A DNA stretch of 63,893 nucleotides, counting the filler, from Thraustochytrium aureum (lineage: Eukaryota): the NCBI GenBank assembly GCA_012862495.1. It is 11 parts of 7 records of this genome, joined end to end, with 100 filler letters (N's around TTAATTAATTAA, not from the genome) between each part and the next. Parts side by side here need not be neighbours in the genome. Positions count along the whole stretch, not along the records: positions 1 to 15,187 come from BLSG01000146.1; positions 15,288 to 19,487 come from BLSG01000148.1; positions 19,588 to 22,750 come from BLSG01000148.1; 8 more parts are not named here. One strand, written 5' to 3'. A model generated the notes under the pieces. It saw only the letters and a list, made by a program, of their open reading frames with translations. It did not search any database and was not told the DNA's origin. Shown here in pieces: positions 11,800 through 22,695 of this stretch. The position numbers were made by a program, and so were the translations under genes. Positions within the stretch are counted from its first letter, which is position 1; each line of letters starts with the position of its first letter.

Positions 11800-12109
11800 A
11801 AGATTTTCAAGATGATCATCCCATCCAAAGTGCTTTTGCGTTCTAGTAGCTCGGCGGCGCCGTTTCGTTCATCTTTGCGAGGCCGCGCCGCCCGACTCTT
11901 TTGGACTTTTTAAATCCAGTTGGCTGTGGCCCTGTTGCGTTCGCCAAGTGCGGAGCTCAGGCAAGTCGCGCATGAAGCCAAAGGACCATTCAAAGCGACC
12001 CGGCTCGCAGCGCTGCGCTAAGGCGCCACGCTCTCGAAGCAGCGCCTCAATCAAAAGGCCGATTGCAAACGGCGGATTTCAGGTAAACTGCGCTGCAGAG
12101 CGACGAGCT

Positions 12110-12854
12110 CTAGCACTTTGACTCGCAGGCCTGAGCTCCCTGGGCCTCCTCGTGCTCGATTTGCCGCTGCTTGGACTTCATGATGTCCCTGTTGTGAGGG
12201 CGGAGCAAAGAAGGCGCATGGGTGCGGGGGTTAGCCGCCACACGGGGAAGGTTGGGGTTGGAGCCCTTGGGACGCGAAACTTACACAAAGCACTCAAAGT
12301 CTGCGCAACAAAGCACCAACTCAACTATCATTTGCGCGAGCTCGTTTTCGTCTGTGGACTTGCGGATCCTCGCATACATCTCCGATTCGGTGATGCCCTC
12401 TTCCTCGCGAAAGCTCTGGAGGTGGCCCTCCATGATCTTTTCGTACTTTTTGTGCACCTTGGTATAAACGAGCTTGTGCTCCTTGTCGTCTGCGCGCGTA
12501 CGGCGAAGCGCCCAACGGTCAGACTGGCTCGGCCTGCGGCGCGGCCGTGATCCGCCCCGACTTACCCACATCGAATTGGAAGCAGTTGTCCGCGAAGAAG
12601 GTGTTGATGTCCACGGCCAAGCTCTGCCCCCAAAACTCTACCAGCTTGCCCACAATAGGGTCCTTGCCAAACACACCGGTTGCCGTGGTGAGCGCCGTCT
12701 CAGACGACACCTCAGGGTCCTCGTCGTCGCCTGCGAACTTGGACTCGTGCTGCTTGCTCTCATCGTCGTCGTCGTCCTCTTCCACCACAAAGTCCGGCTC
12801 AGCAAACTTGCTCTCGGCAGCGCCTGGCGGGTCTGCGAACTTGGACTCGGCCAT
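12110..12854 (-). CDS. BART-domain (ARL2BP/CFAP36-like) protein, 3 exons
   Basis: Spliced product reads ..INTFFADNCFQFDVDDKEHKLVYTKVHKKYEKIMEGHL..DFECFVDIMKSK..ESKC*. Introns are 12490-12565 and 12189-12284. Confidence 0.85.
12189..12284 (-). other. Spliceosomal intron (96 nt)
   Basis: GTAAGT donor, CTAAC, pyrimidine tract and ACAG acceptor; gives DFECFVDIMK. Confidence 0.85.
12490..12565 (-). other. Spliceosomal intron (76 nt)
   Basis: GTAAGT donor, CTGAC and GCAG acceptor; restores the BART reading frame. Confidence 0.85.
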
Positions 12855-13836
12855 CCTGCGCCGGGCTTGCTTGACCTTGCTTGCGACTCGCCCCTGCTCT
12901 GCTCTTCAGATGCCAGTTGCCGCGACTTGCACCTCCGGGTTGGAGATCTGCTGGTGGCGCACTTGCGACGCGGGTCCGACCGGTGCCAGAGACGAGTAGA
13001 GCCCGTGCGGCTTCAAGTACGCGCAAGGCAGGGTCGCATGCACAACTTAGAGAGTGGCTCTTCAGCGCATGGCCACGATTCCTCAAGGATAGCAAGGAAA
13101 GCCAACTCGAAGGCTGGGACGATGCGCGGTCTGCGCAAATATTCTCTAACAAGCAAGCCCGGCGATCGAAGCCGCAAGCGCAAGCTCGCCGCCGCCGACC
13201 GCCCTTGCCGCTCGAATTGTGCAGCCGCGCCCTGCAGAAATCCGCGCTCTGTTGGCGCGGAATTGTGCCGAGCAAAGAGCGCTTCGCGTTGCGCGACGAA
13301 CAAACGAGCACTACTATCGCGATGTCCGCCCAGCGGCTGCCGCGTGGCCAGTGCGCAGGGCTCTGCAGCGCTTCGCGTTGGCGCGTTGGCGCGTTGGTGG
13401 AAGTGGTACTCGAGCCGGTGTTGCGCTTCGCGTCGCGTCTCGCTGCTGCGCTGATTACCGACCGCTTTGGAAGTCCTCAACATCGGTGAACGGATCCCAC
13501 TTCAACCCCTACAACTAGGAGGCCTAGGCCTATGTCTGCATCGCCGTGCCGAATGCGAACGCGGCTTCCCCTCTTCATGATTCGCTCCCGCGGTTGCGGC
13601 CCCAGGGAAGCTTGACGCAGCCAGGTACTCGAGAGTAGACCAGCTTCCATCGCCTCAAACCTCGCTCGGGCTGAGAATAAGATAGGACTAAATGCTGCCG
13701 CCCACCCAGAGCTGGAATCCCCGGCAGAGTTGCCTGGCGCCGAACGGGCCTCGCGTGCTGCCAGCAAGGCAGGCTTGCAACCGCAACAGTACAAACGGCG
13801 CGCTCGCCGAGGGACGGAGAGCAAGGGCACTGGGAA

Positions 13837-14580
13837 ATGGCGGCCCGGAAAGTAGTCGTGTTCGGCGCGCCACTGTCGCAGCCCACCAGAGCAGTCCTCT
13901 GGACCTGCGCGTGGCTTGGCATCAAGGTGGACTTTCGAAATGTGGACGCGGTCAAAGGCGAGCACCGCGCCGAGGAGTTTCTCAAGCTCAACCCGAACGC
14001 CAAGTTCCCGGTCCTTGTGGACAGCGACTTTGTGCTCTGGGAGAGCCACGCCGAGCTGCGGTATCTAGTCAGCAAGTTTGGCGAGACGCCCGAGCAGGCG
14101 GCGCTGTACCCAAGCGACCTCGCGACGCGCGCTCGTGTGGACGCGTGGCTGGACTGGAAGCACAGCAACATTCGCGTTGGGGCTGCAGGCCTCGTTCGGC
14201 GTCGTGTTATGGCGAGGATTATGAAGGACTACAGCCAGCACTCTATGGCGTTCGACATTGTCGAGATCCCCGAGGCGCGCGAAGTGCGCATCCTCATGGA
14301 GAGCCTGGCTATCATGGAGTCGCAGCTTTGCTTGACTGACTTTATCGCCGGCACCTCGGAGCCGACGCTGGCCGACGTTGCCCTTGCTACGGAGGTGGAG
14401 CAGCTTTCTCTGCTGGAGAACGCGCCCCCCCCGCAGGGCGGCGCCCTCGCCGACGCCTTCCCGGCTGTGCACAAATGGCACCAGGCCATGCGGTCGGCGC
14501 CTGGGTTCAAGGAGGCGCACGCAGGCTTTGGCAAGATTGCTGCAGGCATCAGCAAGATGAGGGCGGCCTCCAAGCTGTGA
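13837..14580 (+). CDS. Glutathione S-transferase (theta-like)
   Basis: SQPTRAV, GEHRAEEFLKLNPNAKFPVLVDSDFVLWESHA, RARVDAWLDW and PTLADV. Confidence 0.93.
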   Translation: MAARKVVVFGAPLSQPTRAVLWTCAWLGIKVDFRNVDAVKGEHRAEEFLKLNPNAKFPVLVDSDFVLWESHAELRYLVSKFGETPEQAALYPSDLATRARVDAWLDWKHSNIRVGAAGLVRRRVMARIMKDYSQHSMAFDIVEIPEAREVRILMESLAIMESQLCLTDFIAGTSEPTLADVALATEVEQLSLLENAPPPQGGALADAFPAVHKWHQAMRSAPGFKEAHAGFGKIAAGISKMRAASKL

Positions 14581-14663
14581 AGGCAGAGGGGTGGAGTTCT
14601 GTCTTCCTATGGACCTATGGATACTGTAGATGGGGCGAGCGGCGTGACCTCGCCAAACGCAGA

Positions 14664-15187
14664 CTAGCGCGCCCATTGCTTGCCATTCGAAAACTTGACC
14701 TTGCGGACAAGGAACGACGTGAAAGGGTTGTTGGCAGGCTGGCCCTTGTCCGCAAACTCTGCGCGGTCAATTTTGGCCTTTGGAGACCCTTGCGCTGTGA
14801 GCCATTCCTTGAACTCCTCCAAAGCCAGACTAGTTCCGCACGCCTCGCCGCGCACTGTCCCTTGCTCGGTGTTCATCACAAAGCCGGTCACGCCGAGGCG
14901 GTCTGCTTCCAACTTTGTATACTTGCGCATGGACACGCGCTGCACCTTGCCCCAGACCTGAAACTCGACGTGGACTAAAGCGTCTCCGCCAGCCACGGCC
15001 GCGGCAGCGTCGCCGTCCGTTGCCCCGCCGCGGAGCCCCACGGCTCCACTGGCCTCCATCTCCTTTGTAGCCCCGACCCCGGCGTAGAGCACCCCGAGCA
15101 CCAGAGCCGCCGCTATCACCGCGAGCGCAACCCTGCGTACCGCCGCTCCCGCGCCACCGCCCAGGTCGCCAGCGCTCCTCCTCCTCG
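14664..15187 (-). CDS. Acylphosphatase with N-terminal hydrophobic segment; start probably lost at contig end
   Basis: VEFQVWGKVQRVSMRKYT..LGVTGFVMNTEQGTVRGEACG..WL..GSPKAKID. Confidence 0.88.
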
Positions 15188-15287
15188 NNNNNNNNNNNNN
15201 NNNNNNNNNNNNNNNNNNNNNNNNNNNNNNNTTAATTAATTAANNNNNNNNNNNNNNNNNNNNNNNNNNNNNNNNNNNNNNNNNNNN
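15188..15287. other. Artificial scaffold-joining spacer N44-TTAATTAATTAA-N44 (also at 19488, 22751, 36671, 38624, 40552, 41957, 59847, 61290, 62540)
   Basis: Ten identical 100-nt blocks. The 12-mer puts stops in all six frames, and genes are truncated at these points. Confidence 0.97.
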
Positions 15288-16131
15288 GGCCCACAAACTA
15301 GCTCCGCAAGCGGTGAAGCAGGGCGACGACGCGGCGACCAGGCACAGGGCACTCGCAGATCATGTGCGGCCGCACACCGACTTGCAGAGTGCAAATGGCC
15401 CGTTCTCGTGGCTTCATGTCGTCCAGTCGTGCGCTTCGGCTGCTCTGCTCCTCCCAACGGCCGAAGAGCGCGCGGCTGTCTCGTCAAGCGCGCCGCGGGC
15501 TGTCGCGAGGACGCCGGCGCGGACTGTCGCGAGGACGCCGGCGCGCAAGCGTGACTCCAACCCGGACGTGCTTCGGGGCGATAGTTGCGACTCGAGCCCT
15601 GATTCGCAGCCAGAGACGCCATCCAAGCGCCTCCGGGTGTCCGAGTCTGACGACGACCGGTCCACGCCGTCGTCGCCTCTGCACAACCAGATGCCAGGGG
15701 TGGGCTCAGCAGAGCTCGACAAGAAGCTCATCAAGGCGATCGCGGAGCCCGGCCAGCCAAGAAAGTCTTACTTGGTGGCGATCGACCCCGCTGTCGTAAA
15801 GGGCCCCAAGAAAGTCGAGCTCCTCTTGGACAGCGACCAGCCGGTGGTCTTCGGGCGCGCCGACGACTGCCAGGCCCGCTTTGTTGGGAGCCGCAAGGAC
15901 GCGGAGCTCATGACTCTGTCCCGGCGCCACGCCCAGGTCGCCATCCGAGCTAACCGCGTCATGCCCAAGTGCCAGCTCACCGTGCTCTCGCGCAACGGAG
16001 TCCTCCACAACGGCAAGCAGCTGGGCGTTGGCAAGTCCGTGATGCTCAAGCCGGGCGACCAGGTCAACTTTTGCACCAAAAAGGGGCCGCGCGCCTCGAA
16101 CAGCTTTGTTTACCGCTACGACCTCGCCTGA
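15288..16131 (+). CDS. FHA-domain protein (5' partial)
   Basis: VVFGR..LSRRHA..LSRNGVLHNG..LKPGDQV FHA signature, after an S/P-rich disordered region. Confidence 0.85.
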
Positions 16132-16450
16132 TCCGCCGCGGAGGCGGGATACCGGTCGCCGTCGTTGTTTCGAGTTTCGCTTTTCAATTGAAAGGGAGGC
16201 GACGATAGATACTTTCTAAAGATAGGCAGCCGTCGCAACGACTTTCGAAGATCGCCTCAAACCTCGTCCCCACTGGCATCTGCTGCGGGCGCCAGCGCGG
16301 AGTCGCCGCTGTCGCCAAGCAAGAAGCCGTTCCTGTCGATCCATTCAGCACCGTTGGCTTGACTAGTTGAGCTCAGCGGCCGCCGAACGGCCATTCGCCA
16401 GCAAAAGCATCGCCTTGCAACACGCTCCGGTCCAATCGAGCGCGCCAGAC

Positions 16451-17823
16451 CTAGAGGCTGACGGGGACGGTTTGCAGCGCCGCCAGCATCTCGCACATCG
16501 CAAACTGCGAGCCGAAATATGCGAGGACGCCAAGTCCTAGCGTAATCGGCAGCGCTGGGATCGTGCCCCCGCGCGGCGTGGCCAAGATGGTAAGCACCAG
16601 CCCGGCCAGAACTGCGGAGAACGTGCTCACCGCAGCGCACCAGCCCACGATAGCTCCGCGGCCGACGAGCACGCCGTAAAACACGAGGTCCATCAGACCG
16701 AGCACGTTAAGCGAGCCCTCATAAACCATCCCGCCCGGCAGGTCGAACGGGACGCCCATCCACCGCCTCTGCTGCTCGAGCCGCATCGCGTACCCGAGCG
16801 GGCCGCACGGCGTCAGGACGGCCAGCAGATCCCAGACGACCATCAAGACGACGAGCGCCCACAGCGTCCACTCTGGCAGGCAGCAGAATGGCCAGCTCAA
16901 GGCCACCGCGGCAAACACGACCCAGGTGTTGACAAACCATCGTGGCCAGCCGCTCTCGACCCCGCCGAGCACGACGCTGGCGCCAACAAGGCCCGCGTTC
17001 CATGCGACCACGGCGACGCTCGCCCAGTCCAGCGCGAGCTGGCTAGCGCTCGCGATGCGTACCGCGGCAAAGGCCACAAACCCGGCAAGGGCCGCTGCGA
17101 ACGCCAGGAAGACGAGGCCGACGATGGCCACCTTGAGCCTCAGCGCGTACAGGCCAACGAACGCGTACGTGAGCACCACGATGGCCGCCACGATCACGNN
17201 NNNNNNNNNNNNNNNNNNNNNNNNNNNNNNNNNNNNNNNNNNNNNNNNNNNNNNNNNNNNNNNNNNNNNNNNNNNNNNNNNNNNNNNNNNNNNNNNNNNN
17301 NNNNNNNNNNNNNNNNNNNNNNNNNNNNNNNNNNNNNNNNNNNNNNNNNNNNNNNNNNNNNNNNNNNNNNNNNNNNNNNNNNNNNNNNNNNNNNNNNNNN
17401 NNNNNNNNNNNNNNNNNNNNNNNNNNNNNNNNNNNNNNNNNNNNNNNNNNNNNNNNNNNNNNNNNNNNNNNNNNNNNNNNNNNNNNNNNNNNNNNNNNNN
17501 NNNNNNNNNNNNNNNNNNNNNNNNNNNNNNNNNNNNNNNNNNNNNNNNNNNNNNNNNNNNNNNNNNNNNNNNNNNNNNNNNNNNNNNNNNNNNNNNNNNN
17601 NNNNNNNNNNNNNNNNNNNNNNNNNNNNNNNNNNNNNNNNNNNNNNNNNNNNNNNNNNNNNNNNNNNNNNNNNNNNNNNNNNNNNNNNNNNNNNNNNNNN
17701 NNNNNNNNNNNNNNNNNNNNNNNNCCTCGGTGCCCAGCGCAGGCGCTCGGCATCCTGCGCGCTATCCTGCGCGCTCGCGCCGGCGGCCGCGCCGGCATCC
17801 GAGAGCGAGCTCTCGGCGAGCAT
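16451..17823 (-). CDS. Presenilin-like (A22A) intramembrane aspartyl protease (spans gap 17199-17724; start tentative)
   Basis: LPEWTLW..VWDLLAVLTPCGPL, LGLMDLVFYGVLVGRG and IPALPI, with multiple TM segments. Confidence 0.85.
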
Positions 17824-17967
17824 TGCGCCAACTCGCCGCCGAGGAGGTCTGGCCTGTGTCTGCGTGTGGCGCGTGCGCAGGGCGGCCCGCTGCCGTCGGG
17901 CCTGGGCGCGGCGAACTGGGCGGACTGTTTGTGCGGGAGGGGGGGGAGGGGCGTGCACTGGGCCGGG

Positions 17968-18564
17968 ATGGGGAGCGATTTCGGGGTGGCCGGCGACGGG
18001 ATGTCGGGCGCCGAGCTCGTGCCGTTCACGCTCACGCTCGTGCACTTTCAGCGTGGCGACCTGGTCGGCATGGCGCTGGCCGGCATCACGCTAGCGCCCA
18101 TCTTTGCGGTGGTCAGCTACGCCACGCTCTTGGTCGCGCTGCGGTTCCCGGCCAAGCTGGTCTTCCTCTTCGTCGGTCAGCTCGCCAACGTTGCGCTCAA
18201 CGTGGTGCTCAAGCACGCGCTGCGGATGCCGCGGCCGGCCGGCCGGCCGCACCTCGTGCACTTTGGCCAGTTTGGGATGCCGAGCAACCACACGCAGTTC
18301 ATGGCGTTCTTGGCGACCTTTGCGGTCCTCGTGGCGGTCGTGGGCGGCGACGGCACGCAGCTTGTGGCCTTCCAGGGCTTGCTTGCGGCGGGTCTGGCGC
18401 TGCTCGCGATCCTGGTGGCCATTTCAAGGGTCTACCTCGAGTACCACTCGGCCGACCAGGTGGTTGTGGGCGCCGTGGTAGGCGTCGTTGCGGCTGCCGT
18501 GTGGTTTCAGCTTGGCCGCCGACTGTTTCGCCGCGTCCGCGAGGCCAAGGACCGCCGCCTCTGA
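17968..18564 (+). CDS. DOLPP1: Dolichyldiphosphatase (PAP2 family)
   Basis: PFTLTLV N-terminus, KHALRMPRP, GMPSNHTQF and SRVYLEYHSADQV PAP2 motifs. Confidence 0.88.
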   Translation: MGSDFGVAGDGMSGAELVPFTLTLVHFQRGDLVGMALAGITLAPIFAVVSYATLLVALRFPAKLVFLFVGQLANVALNVVLKHALRMPRPAGRPHLVHFGQFGMPSNHTQFMAFLATFAVLVAVVGGDGTQLVAFQGLLAAGLALLAILVAISRVYLEYHSADQVVVGAVVGVVAAAVWFQLGRRLFRRVREAKDRRL

Positions 18565-19756
18565 GGGTTCGACTTGGGGGGCGTGGCGGGGGCGCGGTCA
18601 GTTTTACAAGAGGCTGCTTCCCCGAACGCGGCACGCTTTTGTTTTCGTTCAAGCGCCGGCCTGCTCAACACCTTGAAGAGCGCTTCTTTACACTGTCGAC
18701 TGCAAGGGCGGTGGGTGCCGCGCGAATTCGAGGCCTGCCCTGCTGTGCACTTTGCGGTGCCATCGCTGCGCGTTGCGACGGCCGGGGCTCCGGACTTTTT
18801 CAGCCCCACCACTCGCCCACGACCTTGGCGTGGATCACCGCCCTCGCGCGTTGCCGTCGGTCATCAACTTGCAGTAAATCGAGCTCGAGAGCGCTCGCAA
18901 GGCGCCAAGCTCGGCGCTCCGCATCGCATCGCGCGCGTTGTCCTAGCGCGCCGAGGCGATAACTCTGCCTGACAGACCTTCCAAACACATGAACACCGTT
19001 GCCACTGTCGTCGACGCCGGGAACGGCAGCCCCTTTCGGCTCCTCCTCCACCCTGGCGACGACAGTGCGTACCGTGCCAGCCCTGCTCCCTGCCGCGCGA
19101 AGGCACGCACCTGGCAGTCTCGCATCGCGGCGGCAAGCGCATTTCGCACATTTCGCAGAAACAGGTTGCACTGCACACTTTTTTTTGTCATTCCACTTGC
19201 CGGTGAGTAGTTGACGACAGACGCCGAACGAAAGTGCCCAGCAGCCCACGAACGCAGCCCGCTCGGAGGTGCAAGTCGCGGCAGACGCCCTCGTCGAGGT
19301 CCAGGTCATCGAGCGATCGCTGCCGCGGCCTCCGTCAAGTCGGCCGCGTTCGGGCTTTCCGGTGGCGCCTCGCTTGCTTTTTTGTGTTGGCCAGCACAGC
19401 CTCGGTGAGGTTGGTCGCGCGCGCGCGCCGTTGGCATGGGGGTTCGCCAGGTCGTTGGCGAGGCGGTGGAGGCGGTCGAGGATGAACNNNNNNNNNNNNN
19501 NNNNNNNNNNNNNNNNNNNNNNNNNNNNNNNTTAATTAATTAANNNNNNNNNNNNNNNNNNNNNNNNNNNNNNNNNNNNNNNNNNNNGCTGTAGAGCACA
19601 AAAGAATATTGTTGAAGGAGCTCGCCTGCGTGCTGCTGTGTTTGCACGGAGAACGGTTCTCACGGCTGCAACAAGGTGGCTGCGGTAGCGGCGGCTAGCC
19701 CCGGCAGGCGCGCAGCGTTTGCAGTCCAGCTCTCTAAGGCAGCAACCTCTCGCATG

Positions 19757-21682
19757 CTATGGGCTAGGCGAAGCGTTTGGGGGCATGGGCCCAGGCTGCA
19801 CAGCCGCGTCTGATTGGCTCGACCCCGCCAGCGTGCGCCTAGGCTGCACAGCCGCGTCTGATTGGCTCGACTCCGCCAGCGTGCGCCTAGGCCGCACAGC
19901 CGCGTCTGGTTGGCTCGACTCCGCCAGCCCCATCTCGTCCCGGCGCTTTTCGAGACAATCGAGAATGATCTTGCGCAGGTTGCTTCGCGAAATAGAGTAG
20001 TCTTCCACGGTCAGCGTCGCCTCGTTGTTGCGTCCGGTTCCGTTGCCAATGGAGGCAGAGTAGCCCGCCCTGAGCAGAATGTACTTGATACGGTCCATCA
20101 GAGCGGACCAAATGCAGCCGCGAGTTGAGGGGTCGTCAAGGCTACGGCCGTAGACGCGCACGACGACCACGCAGGCTTGGCGGATCAGGTGGCGACCGCG
20201 CGACTCGTTCACCGCTTCCGTGACCTCGATGTCATAACCGGTCTCAAGGATGAGTCGTTTGTCCTCGTCGAACAAGATGGAGTGCCGGTGCTTGCGCTTC
20301 TCGCGCAGCGCAGTGGCTTTAATCTCCTCCACCTCGGCATGCTCCAGCTGACCCTCCTGGTATGATTCGAGGAGATCGAGAAACCAGTCGGCGTCAGTCT
20401 TGGCCATGTCGACCTGAACGTTCAGCTCCTCGACCTTGTCGTGAATGGCTAGCCACTTTTCAACTTGTTTCTGCATTGCGTCCTCTGCAGACTCGGAGGA
20501 GCGCGTACGCAGCCTCTGGCCGCCCGGCGGCGTCCTAGGTGAGCTGGCCATCGCCCCCTGCCGTGCACTCTTGGGCATGGCACCTGCGCTGTCGGGGCTG
20601 CTCTCGTATGACGAGTTTCTTTTGCGGCTGAGCCTGGCCGCGGGGCTCGGTTGCAACCTGTTGGGCTGCCGCTCCCCCTCGTAGAGCGCCCAATGCCCGG
20701 CATAGTCCTGCAAGTCGTTGCGGAGGGAACTCTCCAAGTCTGGCGTGTGCCGGCACTCGTCACGGGAAGCAAAGGCCGGCCGCGCTGACGCTCCGGCTCC
20801 AAAGTCGTTGTTGGAGCCTGGGGCTCGCACGGCCATGCTCGCGTCAGGGGCGGATGAGCACAGTGGTGGTGGGTGATAACCCTTGGCAAAGGCGATTGGC
20901 ACGCGCCGCTGTTGGCTTGCGCCTTGATGCGGCGAAGCCACGGTCTCTTGAAGCTGGGTCTGGAGCTGTTGGCGTTCAGCGGGAGAATGCTGCTGCTGGA
21001 AGCTCAGGGGCGAAATGTCGCCCTGGGTGTCTGGACTGGGCAGCAAGAAGGTGCCGGCCCCCATTGCAGAGCTGGCAGAAAGGCAGGGATCAATCACGAG
21101 GTCGCTGTCGTCGTCATCTGGCGGGCCGCTGTGTCGTGGTGGCGACGATTTGCGCCTCGGTGAGGCTGGCGCGATTCCGCGATAGGTGCCAACGATGCCT
21201 GCCTGGAGCAGCGTCGGCGAGCGGGAGGCTCGACACCGGCAAGCGGAAGAAAAGGCTTGGCATGCCGGGCAGCGCGCGAGCTCGGTTTGCAAAGAATCGG
21301 CGGCGGCGTCGAAGGAACTCGAGCGCCGGAGCGAAGGTCGTTGACTCGGGTTCTGTGGCAGGGGCTCGGTTGACTCTCCTACACGACCCCACCGTTGCAT
21401 TTGTGGATGTTGTTGTCGTTGCTGCTGCAGCAGCTGCTGCATCTGCATGTGCTGCTGCTGCATCTGCTGTTGCTGTATCTGCAACTGCTGCTGCCTTTGC
21501 AATTGCTGCCTCTGCAATTGCTGCTGCTGCATCTGCTGCTGCTGCTGCTCCTGCTGCATCTGCTGACGCCGACTCTGTCCATTATGCGCGGCGTCGTTTG
21601 CCTCACGTGTTTGCTCCACTGGAGAATCCGCGTTGCCTTTGGACTTGCTACCATTTCCCTTGTTTGCACTGACTGGACGCAT
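19757..21682 (-). CDS. Hypothetical Gln-rich protein with C-terminal globular region and 16-aa tandem repeat
   Basis: 641-codon ATG-initiated ORF with a polyQ tract and a coiled/globular part after about aa 400. No family recognised. Confidence 0.7.
   Translation of the reverse strand: MRPVSANKGNGSKSKGNADSPVEQTREANDAAHNGQSRRQQMQQEQQQQQMQQQQLQRQQLQRQQQLQIQQQQMQQQHMQMQQLLQQQRQQHPQMQRWGRVGESTEPLPQNPSQRPSLRRSSSFDAAADSLQTELARCPACQAFSSACRCRASRSPTLLQAGIVGTYRGIAPASPRRKSSPPRHSGPPDDDDSDLVIDPCLSASSAMGAGTFLLPSPDTQGDISPLSFQQQHSPAERQQLQTQLQETVASPHQGASQQRRVPIAFAKGYHPPPLCSSAPDASMAVRAPGSNNDFGAGASARPAFASRDECRHTPDLESSLRNDLQDYAGHWALYEGERQPNRLQPSPAARLSRKRNSSYESSPDSAGAMPKSARQGAMASSPRTPPGGQRLRTRSSESAEDAMQKQVEKWLAIHDKVEELNVQVDMAKTDADWFLDLLESYQEGQLEHAEVEEIKATALREKRKHRHSILFDEDKRLILETGYDIEVTEAVNESRGRHLIRQACVVVVRVYGRSLDDPSTRGCIWSALMDRIKYILLRAGYSASIGNGTGRNNEATLTVEDYSISRSNLRKIILDCLEKRRDEMGLAESSQPDAAVRPRRTLAESSQSDAAVQPRRTLAGSSQSDAAVQPGPMPPNASPSP
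19791..19929. repeat. 48-bp tandem repeat x~3, encoding LAESSQSDAAVQPRRT
   Basis: Near-identical units CTAGGCTGCACAGCCGCGTCTGATTGGCTCGACTCCGCCAGCGTGCGC. Confidence 0.9.
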
Positions 21683-22388
21683 CTATAGTCTTGCCAACGA
21701 GGCCAGCTCTAGGGCTGGCCGAGTGGTGCAGTTTTGAATCCCAGCGCCAGGGGAGAGCGCGTTCGTTGAACGACAAAGGTTGCTTCTGGTGCAACCATGC
21801 ACCAGCCTCGGCGACCCTGCGCTCGAGGTGAAGGCCGCAAGACGGGCGGATTGGCTGCCGACTTGGCCGCTTCGACTGGTCGAATTGCGAGCGCGCGCCG
21901 TGGTCAGGTCCGCGCGTCCAGCGCGCCCTTGAGGGCGGCAACCGCAATCTCGTTCGAGTCGAACGCCTTTGCGTCACTCCTTGTGCAAGCTTGGCCCAGC
22001 GACTTGGAGCGCCGGCCACCGCCCTGGCGCGCAGCTTGCAGTCCCAGCAGGGGGCAAGCTCGTGACCGAGTCAGTCTATCAGCCTGATATGCCGCGCGTC
22101 AAAGCCCCGGCGGGAGGCTGGACCAGTTTCAACGCGCGTTCCAAGGCAGCCTCGTTGAAACCGGGCAGGCGCGTCTGCAGCCCGGCAGGCCGACGGTCAA
22201 CCAACCAACCAGCCAATCGATCAATTGATCGTCCGGCATATGCAGGCACTTCCACGCCCGTTGACTTGTTGTCCACGGCGGCCTTGCCGTACTGCTGCTT
22301 GCTTGGTTGCTTGGCTGCCTCGACTCGGCCCGAGGACCTCGAGACTTCCGAGCCCCCACCAGGTACTGGGAAACGCAGGAGGAGCAGA

Positions 22389-22420
<32 letters not shown>

Positions 22421-22582
22421 GAGGCAGGCCTACGCAGGGATGGTTACTTCCTGCTGGCGGAAACACATCCAGGAGCAGGGGGAAGAAAACCTGGAGATGT
22501 CTGCTGGTAGAGTACTCACTCTGTCGACGACCGAAGGTCCTCGAAGTCGCGCAGGTGGGCCGCCTCATCCATCCCTCCTTGA

Positions 22583-22695
22583 GGCGCTTCACCAGGCGCT
22601 TCTTCACCAGGCGCGCTTCTTCACCAGGCGCTTCTTCACCAGGCGCTTCTTCACCAGGCGCTTCTTCACCAGGCGCTTCTTCACCAGGCGCTTCA
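22583..22695. repeat. 15-bp tandem repeat (CACCAGGCGCTTCTT)n, about 7 copies; could encode (GEEAP)n on the minus strand
   Basis: Directly visible array near a contig end. Confidence 0.85.

Noticed and set aside
12881..13575. Overlapping ORFs between the BART and GST genes
   Set aside because: Arg/Ala-rich translations with no motif. This is probably the divergent promoter region, although a small gene cannot be excluded.
15232..15243. TTAATTAATTAA repeated ten times, considered as a biological element (piggyBac TTAA site or regulatory palindrome)
   Set aside because: It is always centred in exactly 44+44 Ns and encodes stops in six frames, so it is an assembly linker. Gene neighbourhoods across these points carry no meaning.
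18600..19487. Possible 3' gene fragment at a contig end
   Set aside because: No frame gives a recognisable protein, so I cannot support a call.
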